Positions 30,738-38,752 of a stretch of DNA of 64,000 nt are shown here, in pieces. The notes under the pieces are model-generated. The model ran no database searches. It was not told the origin of the DNA and saw only the letters and a list, made by a program, of their open reading frames with translations. Made by a program: the position numbers and the translations under genes. The stretch is from a virus: IMG/VR virus record IMGVR_UViG_3300022682_000033, positions 3,893 to 67,892 of that record; one strand, 5' to 3'. Positions within the stretch are counted from its first letter, which is position 1. Every line of letters begins with the position of its first letter.

Positions 30738-31179
30738 TATTTTGCACGTATTAATCCTTATTGTTATCGTCGTAATTTGCTTTTTAATTTGCCGCAAACA
30801 ATTGGTAATATTAAACAAGTTATCAAAAATTGATAAATCAATAGTTGAATCAAGTGAAAATTTAAAAGTTGATTTTGATAAGCTTTCAGATAACCAAAAA
30901 AAAATGCTTAAAAACCAAACTGAGATTATGCTACAAATTGAACCTGCTTTGAGAGCAACTGTTAAAAACAGGAAAGATTTGACTTTGCTTGCTACAAAAT
31001 ATGAGGAGTGCCCACCGCAAAAAGTAAACGATATGATCTCAAAACGGATTGATTATTATGGCAGGAAACAGTTATCTGAAATAAAGGTGTGGGGTGAAAA
31101 AATAATTGAAGAAATTGTTGATAAATTGGTAAACGGAATATATGTCCGAATGGATAGGCGCGGCAAAAATAAAAGATAA
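30715..31179 (+). CDS. Membrane-anchored coiled-coil protein
   Basis: N-terminal TM segment. Confidence 0.45.
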   Translation: MIKMIYIDILHVLILIVIVVICFLICRKQLVILNKLSKIDKSIVESSENLKVDFDKLSDNQKKMLKNQTEIMLQIEPALRATVKNRKDLTLLATKYEECPPQKVNDMISKRIDYYGRKQLSEIKVWGEKIIEEIVDKLVNGIYVRMDRRGKNKR

Positions 31180-31206
31180 TATTTGACCAAATGGAGGTGA
31201 AAAGAA

Positions 31207-31800
31207 ATGAAAATTGTTGACCAATATTGGGAATGGATTCAGAGGCCCCGTAAGCCGTTAGAATTGATTGAGAAGGCCGGAAGGACTTGTTACAAGTCAG
31301 AAGACAAAATAAGCACAGGATCGGCCTTAAAATTCGTTCAGATGCTAAAGAAAAGCGGGCATGAGTCTGTCATTGAACATGCTGTTGCATCTGTAAGGTT
31401 TGTTACCAACCGCGGTGTTACCCATGAACTTGTGCGCCACCGGCTGGCCTCCTACTCCCAGGAATCGACCCGTTATGTTCGCTATGGCGGCGATATGGAA
31501 TTCATTAAACCTGTTTGGTGGGATGATTGGTCTAATACGGAAAAGCATGCTTTTAGGGCGTCTTGTGATTTTTCAGAAGAATCATATAAAGCGCTTATAT
31601 TGTCTGGAAGCAGTCCAGAACAAGCACGCGAAATTTTACCAAACAGTTTAAAAACTGAAATTGTGATGACCGCCAATTCAAGGGAATGGATGCACGTTTT
31701 CAAACTTAGATGCAGCAAAAAAGCGCATCCGCAAATAAGAGAACTAATGATTAGTTGTCGAGAAGGGTTCAAGAAAGAAATACCAATACTTTTTGATTAG
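31207..31800 (+). CDS. thyX: FAD-dependent thymidylate synthase
   Basis: GHESVIEH and the ThyX signature RHRLASYSQESTRY; AHPQIR. Confidence 0.95.
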   Translation: MKIVDQYWEWIQRPRKPLELIEKAGRTCYKSEDKISTGSALKFVQMLKKSGHESVIEHAVASVRFVTNRGVTHELVRHRLASYSQESTRYVRYGGDMEFIKPVWWDDWSNTEKHAFRASCDFSEESYKALILSGSSPEQAREILPNSLKTEIVMTANSREWMHVFKLRCSKKAHPQIRELMISCREGFKKEIPILFD

Positions 31801-31810
31801 GAGAATAAAG

Positions 31811-32377
31811 ATGAAAAAATTAATTTTTGTTTTCATGTTCATGGCTTTTTCTTATGGATGCGCTTCAATGCGCCCCGCAACGGATCATGTAATTGATATG
31901 AGCAAAGCCAATGAAGGCATATCAAGGCTTGAGCAAGATTTCAATAACACTGTTAGGTTGCTGACAGAATTGCATGACAAGTCAACCGCTGAAGGGAAAC
32001 CGGTGTTTACGGATCAGGAATGGGACGTTTTAGACGGGGAGGTTAGGCCGACTTTCTCATTGTTGATTGTTAAACTTAAAGGACGAAATAGCCTATATGT
32101 TACACTTGATGACATGAAAATGTTTTGGGGCCTGGCCGTCGATGCTTACAAAAAAGCAAGGCCTATTTTGCAGCGAAAATGGGGGATGCTTGACCGGGAT
32201 ACGAAAAGCCTTCTCTATGCTTTCGACAAAGAAGCTGTAAGCACGAATGAAATTATCCAAAAGATGCTTGACAACCCAAAATCTGAACAATATGATGAAA
32301 TTTTATCGTTGATTCTGAAACTCGGGAAAACAGGTCTTGGCGTTATGTCAACAACCGTTTTGCCGTTACTATTGTGA
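31811..32377 (+). CDS. Putative lipoprotein
   Basis: MKK + hydrophobic stretch + SYGC lipobox. Confidence 0.55.
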   Translation: MKKLIFVFMFMAFSYGCASMRPATDHVIDMSKANEGISRLEQDFNNTVRLLTELHDKSTAEGKPVFTDQEWDVLDGEVRPTFSLLIVKLKGRNSLYVTLDDMKMFWGLAVDAYKKARPILQRKWGMLDRDTKSLLYAFDKEAVSTNEIIQKMLDNPKSEQYDEILSLILKLGKTGLGVMSTTVLPLLL

Positions 32378-32644
32378 TTTTTCATAGAAAGGAGGGTCTA
32401 TGTAATCTACAAAAAATGGGTCAGCACAACGTGAATTAAATTAGGGAAATTATTAAGCCGGTCATGGTTTGAAGACATGATCGGCTTTTTTTGTTGCAAT
32501 AATAATTTAATCGTGATACAGCCCCTGAAAAAGGGGATAGGGAAAGCCTGTACAACTTTTCCGAAACCCGTCAACGGTGAGACGGCTTCCCCACAACTCT
32601 TCATTCACCTGTTATAAATCCTTAGCATCGAAAGGAACCCCGAC

Positions 32645-33487
32645 TTGTCAAAAAAAGATTTACCCATCGAGAAACCAGTCCAAAACTGGACAAAATTTCC
32701 AAATATTATTTTAGACAATATAGAAAAATTCACATCCGCTGAATTTAAAATTTTGGGTCTGATGGTTAGGAAAAACATTGGATATGATAAACCAAATAAA
32801 CGCTTTTCGATTAGTTATATAAGCTCTAAGACTGGTTTAAGCGATCCCACCGTTATAAAAGCAATCAATGGGCTTTTATCAAAAAAATCAATAAAAATTA
32901 TTGGAAGTGGTCAGAGAAGCGTAAGGCTATTCGATATAAATTGGATTGACCCGCAAACAACGACTACTAAAGAAACTTTACCGGTAAAGAAATTTAACCG
33001 GTCAAAAAACTTTAGTGGTACTACTAAAGAAACTTTACCAGAACCGGTAAAGAAACTTTACCCATTACAAGAAAACAAAAGTATTAGAAAACAAACTACA
33101 ACAACACAGCCGCCGCAGTCGCTTTTAAATATCTTTCCCAAAACCCTAAAACTAACACCGCGTAAAAAATTAGAGCTTGAATTGCTAATTGATGAACACG
33201 GTATTGATTACGTGAAAGCCAATGCGCTTTATGCTATCAATAATTTCAGGACCAATTTTTGGGCATATTTCAAAAAAAGCTGTGAAAACGATTATGCAAC
33301 TGAAAATGAAACCTTTGAAAACCCGAATGATAAACCACCTGAACACTTAAAAGACGGCACTGTTGTAATTTTCAGCGGAAAAGAATATACCGTCGAGGCT
33401 GGTGGGTTTCTGTATACCGATTACGGTTGTTACGCTCCCGGACAGGTTGCCGCGGCTGTTGCAAGCGGATTGATGGATATAAAATAG
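32645..33487 (+). CDS. Phage replication initiator (gpO-like)
   Basis: WTKFPNIILD start, wHTH (ISYISSKTGLSDPTVIKAINGL), internal DNA repeats. Confidence 0.7.
   Translation: MSKKDLPIEKPVQNWTKFPNIILDNIEKFTSAEFKILGLMVRKNIGYDKPNKRFSISYISSKTGLSDPTVIKAINGLLSKKSIKIIGSGQRSVRLFDINWIDPQTTTTKETLPVKKFNRSKNFSGTTKETLPEPVKKLYPLQENKSIRKQTTTTQPPQSLLNIFPKTLKLTPRKKLELELLIDEHGIDYVKANALYAINNFRTNFWAYFKKSCENDYATENETFENPNDKPPEHLKDGTVVIFSGKEYTVEAGGFLYTDYGCYAPGQVAAAVASGLMDIK
32963..33062. repeat. Iteron-like repeats (putative origin)
   Basis: TAAAGAAACTTTACC at 32968, 33025 and 33048 plus variants at 32985 and 33003. Confidence 0.7.
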
Positions 33488-33506
33488 ACATGAAACCACA
33501 TAGCTA

Positions 33507-33535
33507 TTGACAGCCATTTTAAAATTTTATATGTT
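33507..33535 (+). promoter_or_regulatory. Sigma70-type promoter for the antirepressor leader
   Basis: TTGACA-17-TATGTT. Confidence 0.6.
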
Positions 33536-33540
33536 GGTGG

Positions 33541-33669
33541 TGCTTGAAATTAGGAGTATCGGTAAAGCCCACGTCAGCGGCTTTTTATATTGTGTATTTA
33601 CCCGAGCTTCCACCATCCGTGAGGACGTGGGCGTCGATACTCCGACGTAAGCAAAGCTCGGGTTTTTTT
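33541..33669 (+). ncRNA. Structured leader/attenuator upstream of the antirepressor
   Basis: GGAGTATCG/CGATACTCC and GCCCACGTC/GACGTGGGC stems crossed by ACCCGAGCTT/AAGCTCGGGT plus a T-run. Confidence 0.55.
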
Positions 33670-33708
33670 ATTTTTCTAATGCTTTAAGCCTTGAAAGGAG
33701 GCAGAGTA

Positions 33709-34521
33709 ATGAACAATGAACTAATCAAGATCGAAAAAAAGACCATTGGTGAAGAAGAAGTTACTGCGGTTGATGCGCGTGAGCTACATGCATTTTTGGA
33801 AGTCGGTAAGGTCTTTGCAGCTTGGATTCAAGAACGTATTGAGCAGTACGGTTTTAAAGAAAATCTGGACTATGAGGTTTTTTCCAAAAGCGGAAAAAAC
33901 CCCACAGGTGGCCGACCTTCAAAGGAATACTATGTTTCCATCGACATGGCCAAAGAACTTGCGATGGTTGAAAGGAATGAAAAGGGCAAACAAGCCAGGC
34001 AATATTTTATAGAGTGTGAAAAGATCGCCAAAAAAGCTGCTATTGGGAATGCACCCAAAATAAAAAAACCTTCTATATCTCGCGTAAATTCAGATTTTAA
34101 TGCGTTCGTGAAAATGGCTAAGACTTTCGGCATTGAAGGGAATCAGGCATTGCTTACCGCGAATAAAAGCGTAATTAAGCTACATGGTTTTAATTGTATG
34201 GAAGCATTGGGCGTCACGCACTTGATTTCCAAAAAACAGGAGCTTGATCTTACACCTACAGCTATTGGAAATCGTTTAGGTGGCATTCCTGCTACACAAG
34301 TTAATAAACTGCTTAAAAGTGCTGGTTTCCAAAAATCATTTCGTGATGCTAAAAAAAAGCTGCAATGGGAACCGACGGAAAAAGGCAAACCGTATTCAAT
34401 GATCAAGGACACGAATAAAAAACATAGTGACGGCACACCGGTAAAGCAACTTTTTTGGACGGCGGATATCGTTCCATTCGTCGAAGATGAGCTTAACGGT
34501 TTGGATGGAATTAAAAAATAA
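33709..34521 (+). CDS. AntA/AntB-family antirepressor
   Basis: VDARELHAFLEV, DMAKELAMVERNEKGKQARQYFIECEK. Confidence 0.9.
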   Translation: MNNELIKIEKKTIGEEEVTAVDARELHAFLEVGKVFAAWIQERIEQYGFKENLDYEVFSKSGKNPTGGRPSKEYYVSIDMAKELAMVERNEKGKQARQYFIECEKIAKKAAIGNAPKIKKPSISRVNSDFNAFVKMAKTFGIEGNQALLTANKSVIKLHGFNCMEALGVTHLISKKQELDLTPTAIGNRLGGIPATQVNKLLKSAGFQKSFRDAKKKLQWEPTEKGKPYSMIKDTNKKHSDGTPVKQLFWTADIVPFVEDELNGLDGIKK

Positions 34522-34522
34522 G

Positions 34523-34553
34523 CCGGAATCTTCCGGTTAATCGCTGGTTATAT
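34523..34553 (+). repeat. Cassette-run leader motif (half-attC/attI-like), copy 1
   Basis: CCGGAATCTTCCGGTTAATCGCTGGTT; copies at 36246, 37693 and 40071. Confidence 0.7.
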
Positions 34554-34565
34554 GGAGGGAAAACA

Positions 34566-34790
34566 ATGATTTCAGACAAACTATATAGTGAACTCGAAAA
34601 AATGAAATGGAACGGCGGTGTTTACGGAGTTAGCCCAAAAGGACCTGCAAATAATGCGGTATGGTCACATTTACAGGATGCCGTTGATATTGGAAGCATA
34701 TCACCGATGGATGCGTATGACGCACTAAAACTTGGGTATTTGCCCGAACATTTGACGGTTCGTAAATCAAGATACGCACATTTATTATAA
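34566..34790 (+). CDS. Cassette ORF, hypothetical
   Basis: GGAGG RBS; stop codon within the attC R'' core. Confidence 0.6.
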   Translation: MISDKLYSELEKMKWNGGVYGVSPKGPANNAVWSHLQDAVDIGSISPMDAYDALKLGYLPEHLTVRKSRYAHLL

Positions 34791-34842
34791 CCTGTCATTC
34801 CAGCGGACCTAAAAAGCCGGCCGCTGAATTCAAACGTTATCA
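34785..34842 (+). repeat. attC-like site
   Basis: TTATAAC...ATTCCAGCGG/CCGCTGAAT...GTTATCA. Confidence 0.8.
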
Positions 34843-34940
34843 TGCTATCGAGATAGGGTCGCCACCGAAAAGCAAGTATCCTGTTCTTGTCTGCTCGATA
34901 GCTCATTAAAAACAGGAAACCCTGAACAGGAGGAGTCCTT

Positions 34941-35303
34941 ATGATTACGTATTTAGAAACAACACAGCCGAATTGGAAACCGTTTGAAGCAATTATCGCA
35001 CAAGTAACGCCTGATATTATCCAGTCGTCTCCGTTTCCACTATTCCAGAGAGATCCAGAATATTTTCTTCATGATTTTATGCACATGGGAACAATCACGG
35101 ATTCGTATTTACCAGAAAAACAGATAGAGATTTACAAACATTGTGATACGAGGCGGTGTTTGAATATTGATAATAGCGGACAATGTTATGCTTTCGGGTC
35201 AAAGGTTCTTGATGAAACGAAAGATCCCTGGGATGATGGATATGATGAGAGCATCTACACCCCCATTGAAACACAGTCGGCATTATGGATCGCATTATCG
35301 TAG
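34941..35303 (+). CDS. Cassette ORF, hypothetical
   Basis: AGGAGG RBS; cassette ends GTTATCAT/ATGATAAC. Confidence 0.65.
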   Translation: MITYLETTQPNWKPFEAIIAQVTPDIIQSSPFPLFQRDPEYFLHDFMHMGTITDSYLPEKQIEIYKHCDTRRCLNIDNSGQCYAFGSKVLDETKDPWDDGYDESIYTPIETQSALWIALS

Positions 35304-35310
35304 TCAGCAA

Positions 35311-35432
35311 TGATAACAATGCGTTTGCAGCCGACGCAAGCCCGCGCCCGCTGTAAAGCGCATCGTCATAAATAGCGTCGTCTCACCGCGCATGTCCTGT
35401 GTGGCTTGCGCGGCTGAAACGCGGCGTTATGC
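35311..35432 (+). repeat. attC-like site (long)
   Basis: TGATAACAATGCGTTTGCAGCCG...CGGCTGAAACGCGGCGTTATGC. Confidence 0.85.
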
Positions 35433-35506
35433 CGCAGTCGCCCAGTTGGCCGGGAGCACGTTTTGTAAGCGTGATGACGTCGGTTCGAATCCGACCTGCG
35501 GCTCCA
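35431..35506 (+). tRNA. tRNA-Thr(UGU), sole cargo of an attC cassette
   Basis: 76-nt cloverleaf: GCCGCAG/CTGCGGC acceptor, anticodon loop TTTGTAA, GTCGG-TTCGAAT-CCGAC T arm, encoded CCA; one D-stem mismatch. Confidence 0.85.
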
Positions 35507-35562
35507 TAACCCACCGCTCAAGCGGACGCAAAACAGCCGCGCCGCTTAATTGATCGTTAGCA
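35504..35562 (+). repeat. attC-like site
   Basis: CCATAAC...TCAAGCGG/CCGCTTA...GTTAGCA. Confidence 0.8.
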
Positions 35563-35586
35563 ATTTCAGAGGGGAAGGAGAAGACT

Positions 35587-35892
35587 GTGCCTATCAGACC
35601 TGAAAATAAGATGAGATATCCAAAAGATTGGAAAACCAGATCCAGATTTATACGGTTTTTCCGTGCCAAAAATCATTGCGAATGGTGCGGCGCTGAAAAC
35701 TACAAACCTCATCCGATTACAGGTTCAAAAGTGGTTCTCACCTGCGCCCATGTTTATGATCACAGGCCAGAAGCATCTAACTTGCTAAACCTTGCGGCAC
35801 TGTGTCAGAGATGCCACAATCGGCATGATGCCGGTTTGCGACGCAGTGAGCGCAGAAAAAGGCTTAATGCCAATCAACTGGAATTGTTTTGA
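35587..35892 (+). CDS. HNH-fold protein
   Basis: CEWC...AH..H...NLAALCQRCHNRHD. Confidence 0.75.
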   Translation: MPIRPENKMRYPKDWKTRSRFIRFFRAKNHCEWCGAENYKPHPITGSKVVLTCAHVYDHRPEASNLLNLAALCQRCHNRHDAGLRRSERRKRLNANQLELF

Positions 35893-35915
35893 CAAGCTAT
35901 AATAAGATCAGCCCG

Positions 35916-35945
35916 GTAGGGTGGGCGCGGGTGTTTGCGCCCACC
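35916..35945 (+). repeat. GTAG-family REP-like palindrome
   Basis: GTAG-GGTGGGCGC-loop-GCGCCCACC. Confidence 0.5.
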
Positions 35946-36147
35946 ACATCAAAACCGAACTATGATTTGTAGGATTTCAGAATTAATAGGATTAAGAGCT
36001 AAAAAAATGTCTATAGAATATAAATTAAGATCAAATGGAAAAACAAAATGTGAAAATCTTGATTGCGGCCGAACGATTTTATTAAACGAGGAATACGTAG
36101 TTGTAGAATTTAAAAACATTACCATAAAACTATGCAAAAAGTGCGCA

Positions 36148-36203
36148 TCTTAACCCATCTCTCCACCGGTCTAAAACCCGCGCCGGTGAGCTAATCGTTG
36201 AAC
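36148..36203 (+). repeat. attC-like site
   Basis: TCTTAAC...CTCCACCGG/CCGGTGAG...GTTGAAC. Confidence 0.75.
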
Positions 36204-36245
36204 GTTGAATGTTGAAAGTTGAACGTTCAACATCCAAACAAAAAC

Positions 36246-36269
36246 CTTCCGGTTAATCACTGGTTGGAC
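36246..36269 (+). repeat. Cassette-run leader motif, copy 2 (5'-truncated)
   Basis: CTTCCGGTTAATCACTGGTT. Confidence 0.65.
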
Positions 36270-36341
36270 GCCTTAAACGTGGTGAGGTTAGTTTTCCAAG
36301 CACGGTGCGTTTATCATAAAAAAACTAAATACCTCCGTGCC

Positions 36342-36397
36342 GCCCAACCAACCATACAAGCTGACGAAAAACACCGCTGCTTAACTAATCGTTGTGA
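36342..36397 (+). repeat. attC-like site (degenerate)
   Basis: GCCCAAC...CAAGC/GCTTA...GTTGTGA. Confidence 0.65.
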
Positions 36398-36404
36398 GGA
36401 GAAC

Positions 36405-36653
36405 ATGCAAATAATAAATACGGTTGAAATAATATGTATGAATTGTGAGAAACAATTATCGGTGGAATATCCAGGCCCAAAGCTACAAAACGGGAAGTGG
36501 ATATTCAGGGTGCTACCGTTCTGCGATAATTGCGCAGCACAACCCAACACTCAAGCGGAATCGCCGCCGTCAGTCGATCACGGTGTTCCGTGTTCTAAAT
36601 GCGGTGCAACTGATAACTGGATTTGCCTTTGCGAAATGCGGCAATCCGATTAG
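36405..36653 (+). CDS. Cassette ORF with CxxC pairs, reading into its attC
   Basis: GAGGAG RBS immediately after the GTT core. Confidence 0.5.
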   Translation: MQIINTVEIICMNCEKQLSVEYPGPKLQNGKWIFRVLPFCDNCAAQPNTQAESPPSVDHGVPCSKCGATDNWICLCEMRQSD

Positions 36654-36666
36654 TTCTATGTTATAT
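36537..36666 (+). repeat. attC-like site (long, degenerate)
   Basis: GCACAAC...TCAAGCGGA/TCCGATTAG...GTTATAT. Confidence 0.6.
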
Positions 36667-36719
36667 GCCTATGAAATGCGAACAACGCGCCGCCGCCTAA
36701 TTAAACATTCAACCACACA

Positions 36720-37133
36720 ATGACGAAAAACGAACTAAAAACAGTAGCCTTGCTCGCATTTGCAAAGGCAACACTCGAAAAAATTGGCAATTGCAAAAAC
36801 GCTGAAAATATTGTAGTAAGTGCTATGGACCAGTGGCCTGCCTTAGAACAGAAAAACGTTAATACGTTTTGCCGCTGGTTTGAGGCGTTTGAAAGGCAAA
36901 CATGGAATGGCGAATTGCAAGACCAATTTGTTAATTTGAGTTTTTCAATCGCTATTTTGGATGACATTTCAACATACTTTTCAGGTAAAAAACTTGGCCT
37001 GGTTGAAGATGTTATAGATTCACTTTCGAGATTGTACTATGAAAAAATAGAAAATCAGAATGACCATGAGGTTAATGAGAGCGCGGCTAATGCCGCCAAT
37101 GCATGGAGAAATATAATCAATGACGACTATTGA
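36720..37133 (+). CDS. Hypothetical protein
   Basis: ORF in a tightly packed run. Confidence 0.5.
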   Translation: MTKNELKTVALLAFAKATLEKIGNCKNAENIVVSAMDQWPALEQKNVNTFCRWFEAFERQTWNGELQDQFVNLSFSIAILDDISTYFSGKKLGLVEDVIDSLSRLYYEKIENQNDHEVNESAANAANAWRNIINDDY

Positions 37134-37368
37134 AATTTGTGATATATGCGGGAAGAAATGTGATAACAGATTGTTTTTTAGAACCGATAGAGCAATGGAC
37201 GCCGCCGGCAGTATGGAAGATGAAGGCGAAGTTTACGACCTGTGCGAAATACATGAGAACATGGTTTTAAAAAAAGTGCTTTTTAAAGGCACAAATGAAA
37301 TTGAAAAGCAAAATATAAACAAACGGCTTGTGATGGAAGTCGAAAATTTGAAAAAAAGTAAGGAGTAA
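37120..37368 (+). CDS. Small Cys-containing hypothetical protein
   Basis: CDICG...DLCEIH; GGAG RBS. Confidence 0.5.
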   Translation: MTTIEICDICGKKCDNRLFFRTDRAMDAAGSMEDEGEVYDLCEIHENMVLKKVLFKGTNEIEKQNINKRLVMEVENLKKSKE

Positions 37369-37371
37369 AAA

Positions 37372-37710
37372 ATGGTAAATTTGAAACCGGCATGGAAATC
37401 AATCGAAGGTCAAGGTTCAAGCGGTGTGATTGGTGTTTTGCTGTACTTTTTGAATGACGTTTTGTCAGGAGAAAGGTTCAGCAAAAATATTGTTGAACTG
37501 TTACAATCCATAGCAGGTACGATGGATTTTGACAAAATATTCTTGATCCAAGAAATTGCAACAATCGTAAAGACAGGTTTAATTCTTACAGCGGTTTGTT
37601 TTGTGCTGTTCAAGCTTGTAGAGCACCGGTCTTATTTGAAAAACGATGCGATCAAGGCAGCAGAGAACATCGAAATAGCAAAGATGAACACACCGGAATC
37701 TTCCGGTTAA
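37372..37710 (+). CDS. Membrane protein (holin-like candidate)
   Basis: Two hydrophobic segments; AAGGAG RBS; near the endolysin. Confidence 0.4.
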   Translation: MVNLKPAWKSIEGQGSSGVIGVLLYFLNDVLSGERFSKNIVELLQSIAGTMDFDKIFLIQEIATIVKTGLILTAVCFVLFKLVEHRSYLKNDAIKAAENIEIAKMNTPESSG

Positions 37711-37723
37711 TCACTGGTTAGAA
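37693..37723 (+). repeat. Cassette-run leader motif, copy 3
   Basis: CCGGAATCTTCCGGTTAATCACTGGTT. Confidence 0.7.
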
Positions 37724-37732
37724 AGCTTTTTT

Positions 37733-38449
37733 ATGAATAATTATTTATCATTCGGAGGCGGTGTCAATTCGGTAGCCTTGCACTTGTATTTGCTGAAGCA
37801 AGGCACTCAGTTTGAATCTGTGTTCGTTAATCATGGCGAAGATTGGCCCGAAACATACGAATATGTTAATATGTTTCAATCCTGGCTGAAGAAAAACGGA
37901 CATAGCCCAATAACCGTTTTGACTCCAAATATCAATGGATCAACAGATATTTATAATTACTGTGATAAATACGCAATGATCCCTTCCAGGATGAAAAGAT
38001 GGTGCACAGAAAAATTCAAAATACGGGCCTTGAAAAAACACTATCAAAAACCTTGCTTTGCCTTCATCGGTTATGATTTTGATGAGGTAAAACGGGCCAA
38101 AATTGTTCATGAAAAAGGCGTAGAAAAACGGTTTCCGTTAATTGAAGCTGAAATCACAAGGGCAGGTTGCAAAGATATAATAAAAAAAACAGGCTTGCCA
38201 GTTCCAATGAAATCAGGTTGCTATTTCTGCCCCTTCCAGCGGATAGGGCAATGGAAAGAGTTGAGACGTAAACACCCTGACCTGTTTTGCAAAGCAAACA
38301 AACTCGAACAAAAAACCAATGCAGACCGTAAGCGCAGGGGAAAATCAGAAATATATTTAATACATAAACCTTTACGGCTTGTTGTTGATGAAAAACAACG
38401 GCCTTTATTTGAAATTGATGCACTGCCTCCATGTGAGTGCGCTTTCTAA
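37733..38449 (+). CDS. PAPS-reductase-family PP-loop protein (cassette-borne)
   Basis: YLSFGGGVNS, RWCTEKFKI, RFPL, KSGCYFCPF. Confidence 0.8.
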   Translation: MNNYLSFGGGVNSVALHLYLLKQGTQFESVFVNHGEDWPETYEYVNMFQSWLKKNGHSPITVLTPNINGSTDIYNYCDKYAMIPSRMKRWCTEKFKIRALKKHYQKPCFAFIGYDFDEVKRAKIVHEKGVEKRFPLIEAEITRAGCKDIIKKTGLPVPMKSGCYFCPFQRIGQWKELRRKHPDLFCKANKLEQKTNADRKRRGKSEIYLIHKPLRLVVDEKQRPLFEIDALPPCECAF

Positions 38450-38541
38450 CCAGTCGCTCAACCGGAGCCATACTGTCACCGCTTTTGCAAAGGACAGCAA
38501 AAGCAGTGACAGCATGTCCCGGTTAGCTTAAATCGTTATAT
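38444..38541 (+). repeat. attC-like site
   Basis: TTCTAAC..GCTCAACCGG...CCGGTTAGC..GTTATAT with a long central hairpin. Confidence 0.85.
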
Positions 38542-38555
38542 TTTTTGGGGGATCA

Positions 38556-38741
38556 ATGGATAAAAAAATTGTCTATGGTGCTGTCCAGTGGATAAAAAAA
38601 GACATGCCGATATTAGACGGAATGCCTGCGTTTGAAACTAAAGAAGAGTGTTTGGAATATATTAACCGACACCAAACAAATCTTGGCGTATCAGAATGGA
38701 CAATTGTTAGGGTTGAAATAAAAATCACCGATAAAAATTGA
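38556..38741 (+). CDS. Hypothetical protein
   Basis: ORF directly after an attC core. Confidence 0.5.
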   Translation: MDKKIVYGAVQWIKKDMPILDGMPAFETKEECLEYINRHQTNLGVSEWTIVRVEIKITDKN

Positions 38742-38752
38742 GGAGACAACTT

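Noticed and set aside
35427-35669. 80-aa minus-strand ORF
   Set aside because: Antisense shadow of the tRNA-Thr and attC
36274-36330. preQ1-I riboswitch
   Set aside because: The A-rich AAAAAACTA tail is similar, but the loop consensus is absent and no related gene follows
36219-36404. N-terminal part of the 144-aa ORF
   Set aside because: It reads across heptamer repeats, the leader motif and an attC; the RBS-supported start is 36405
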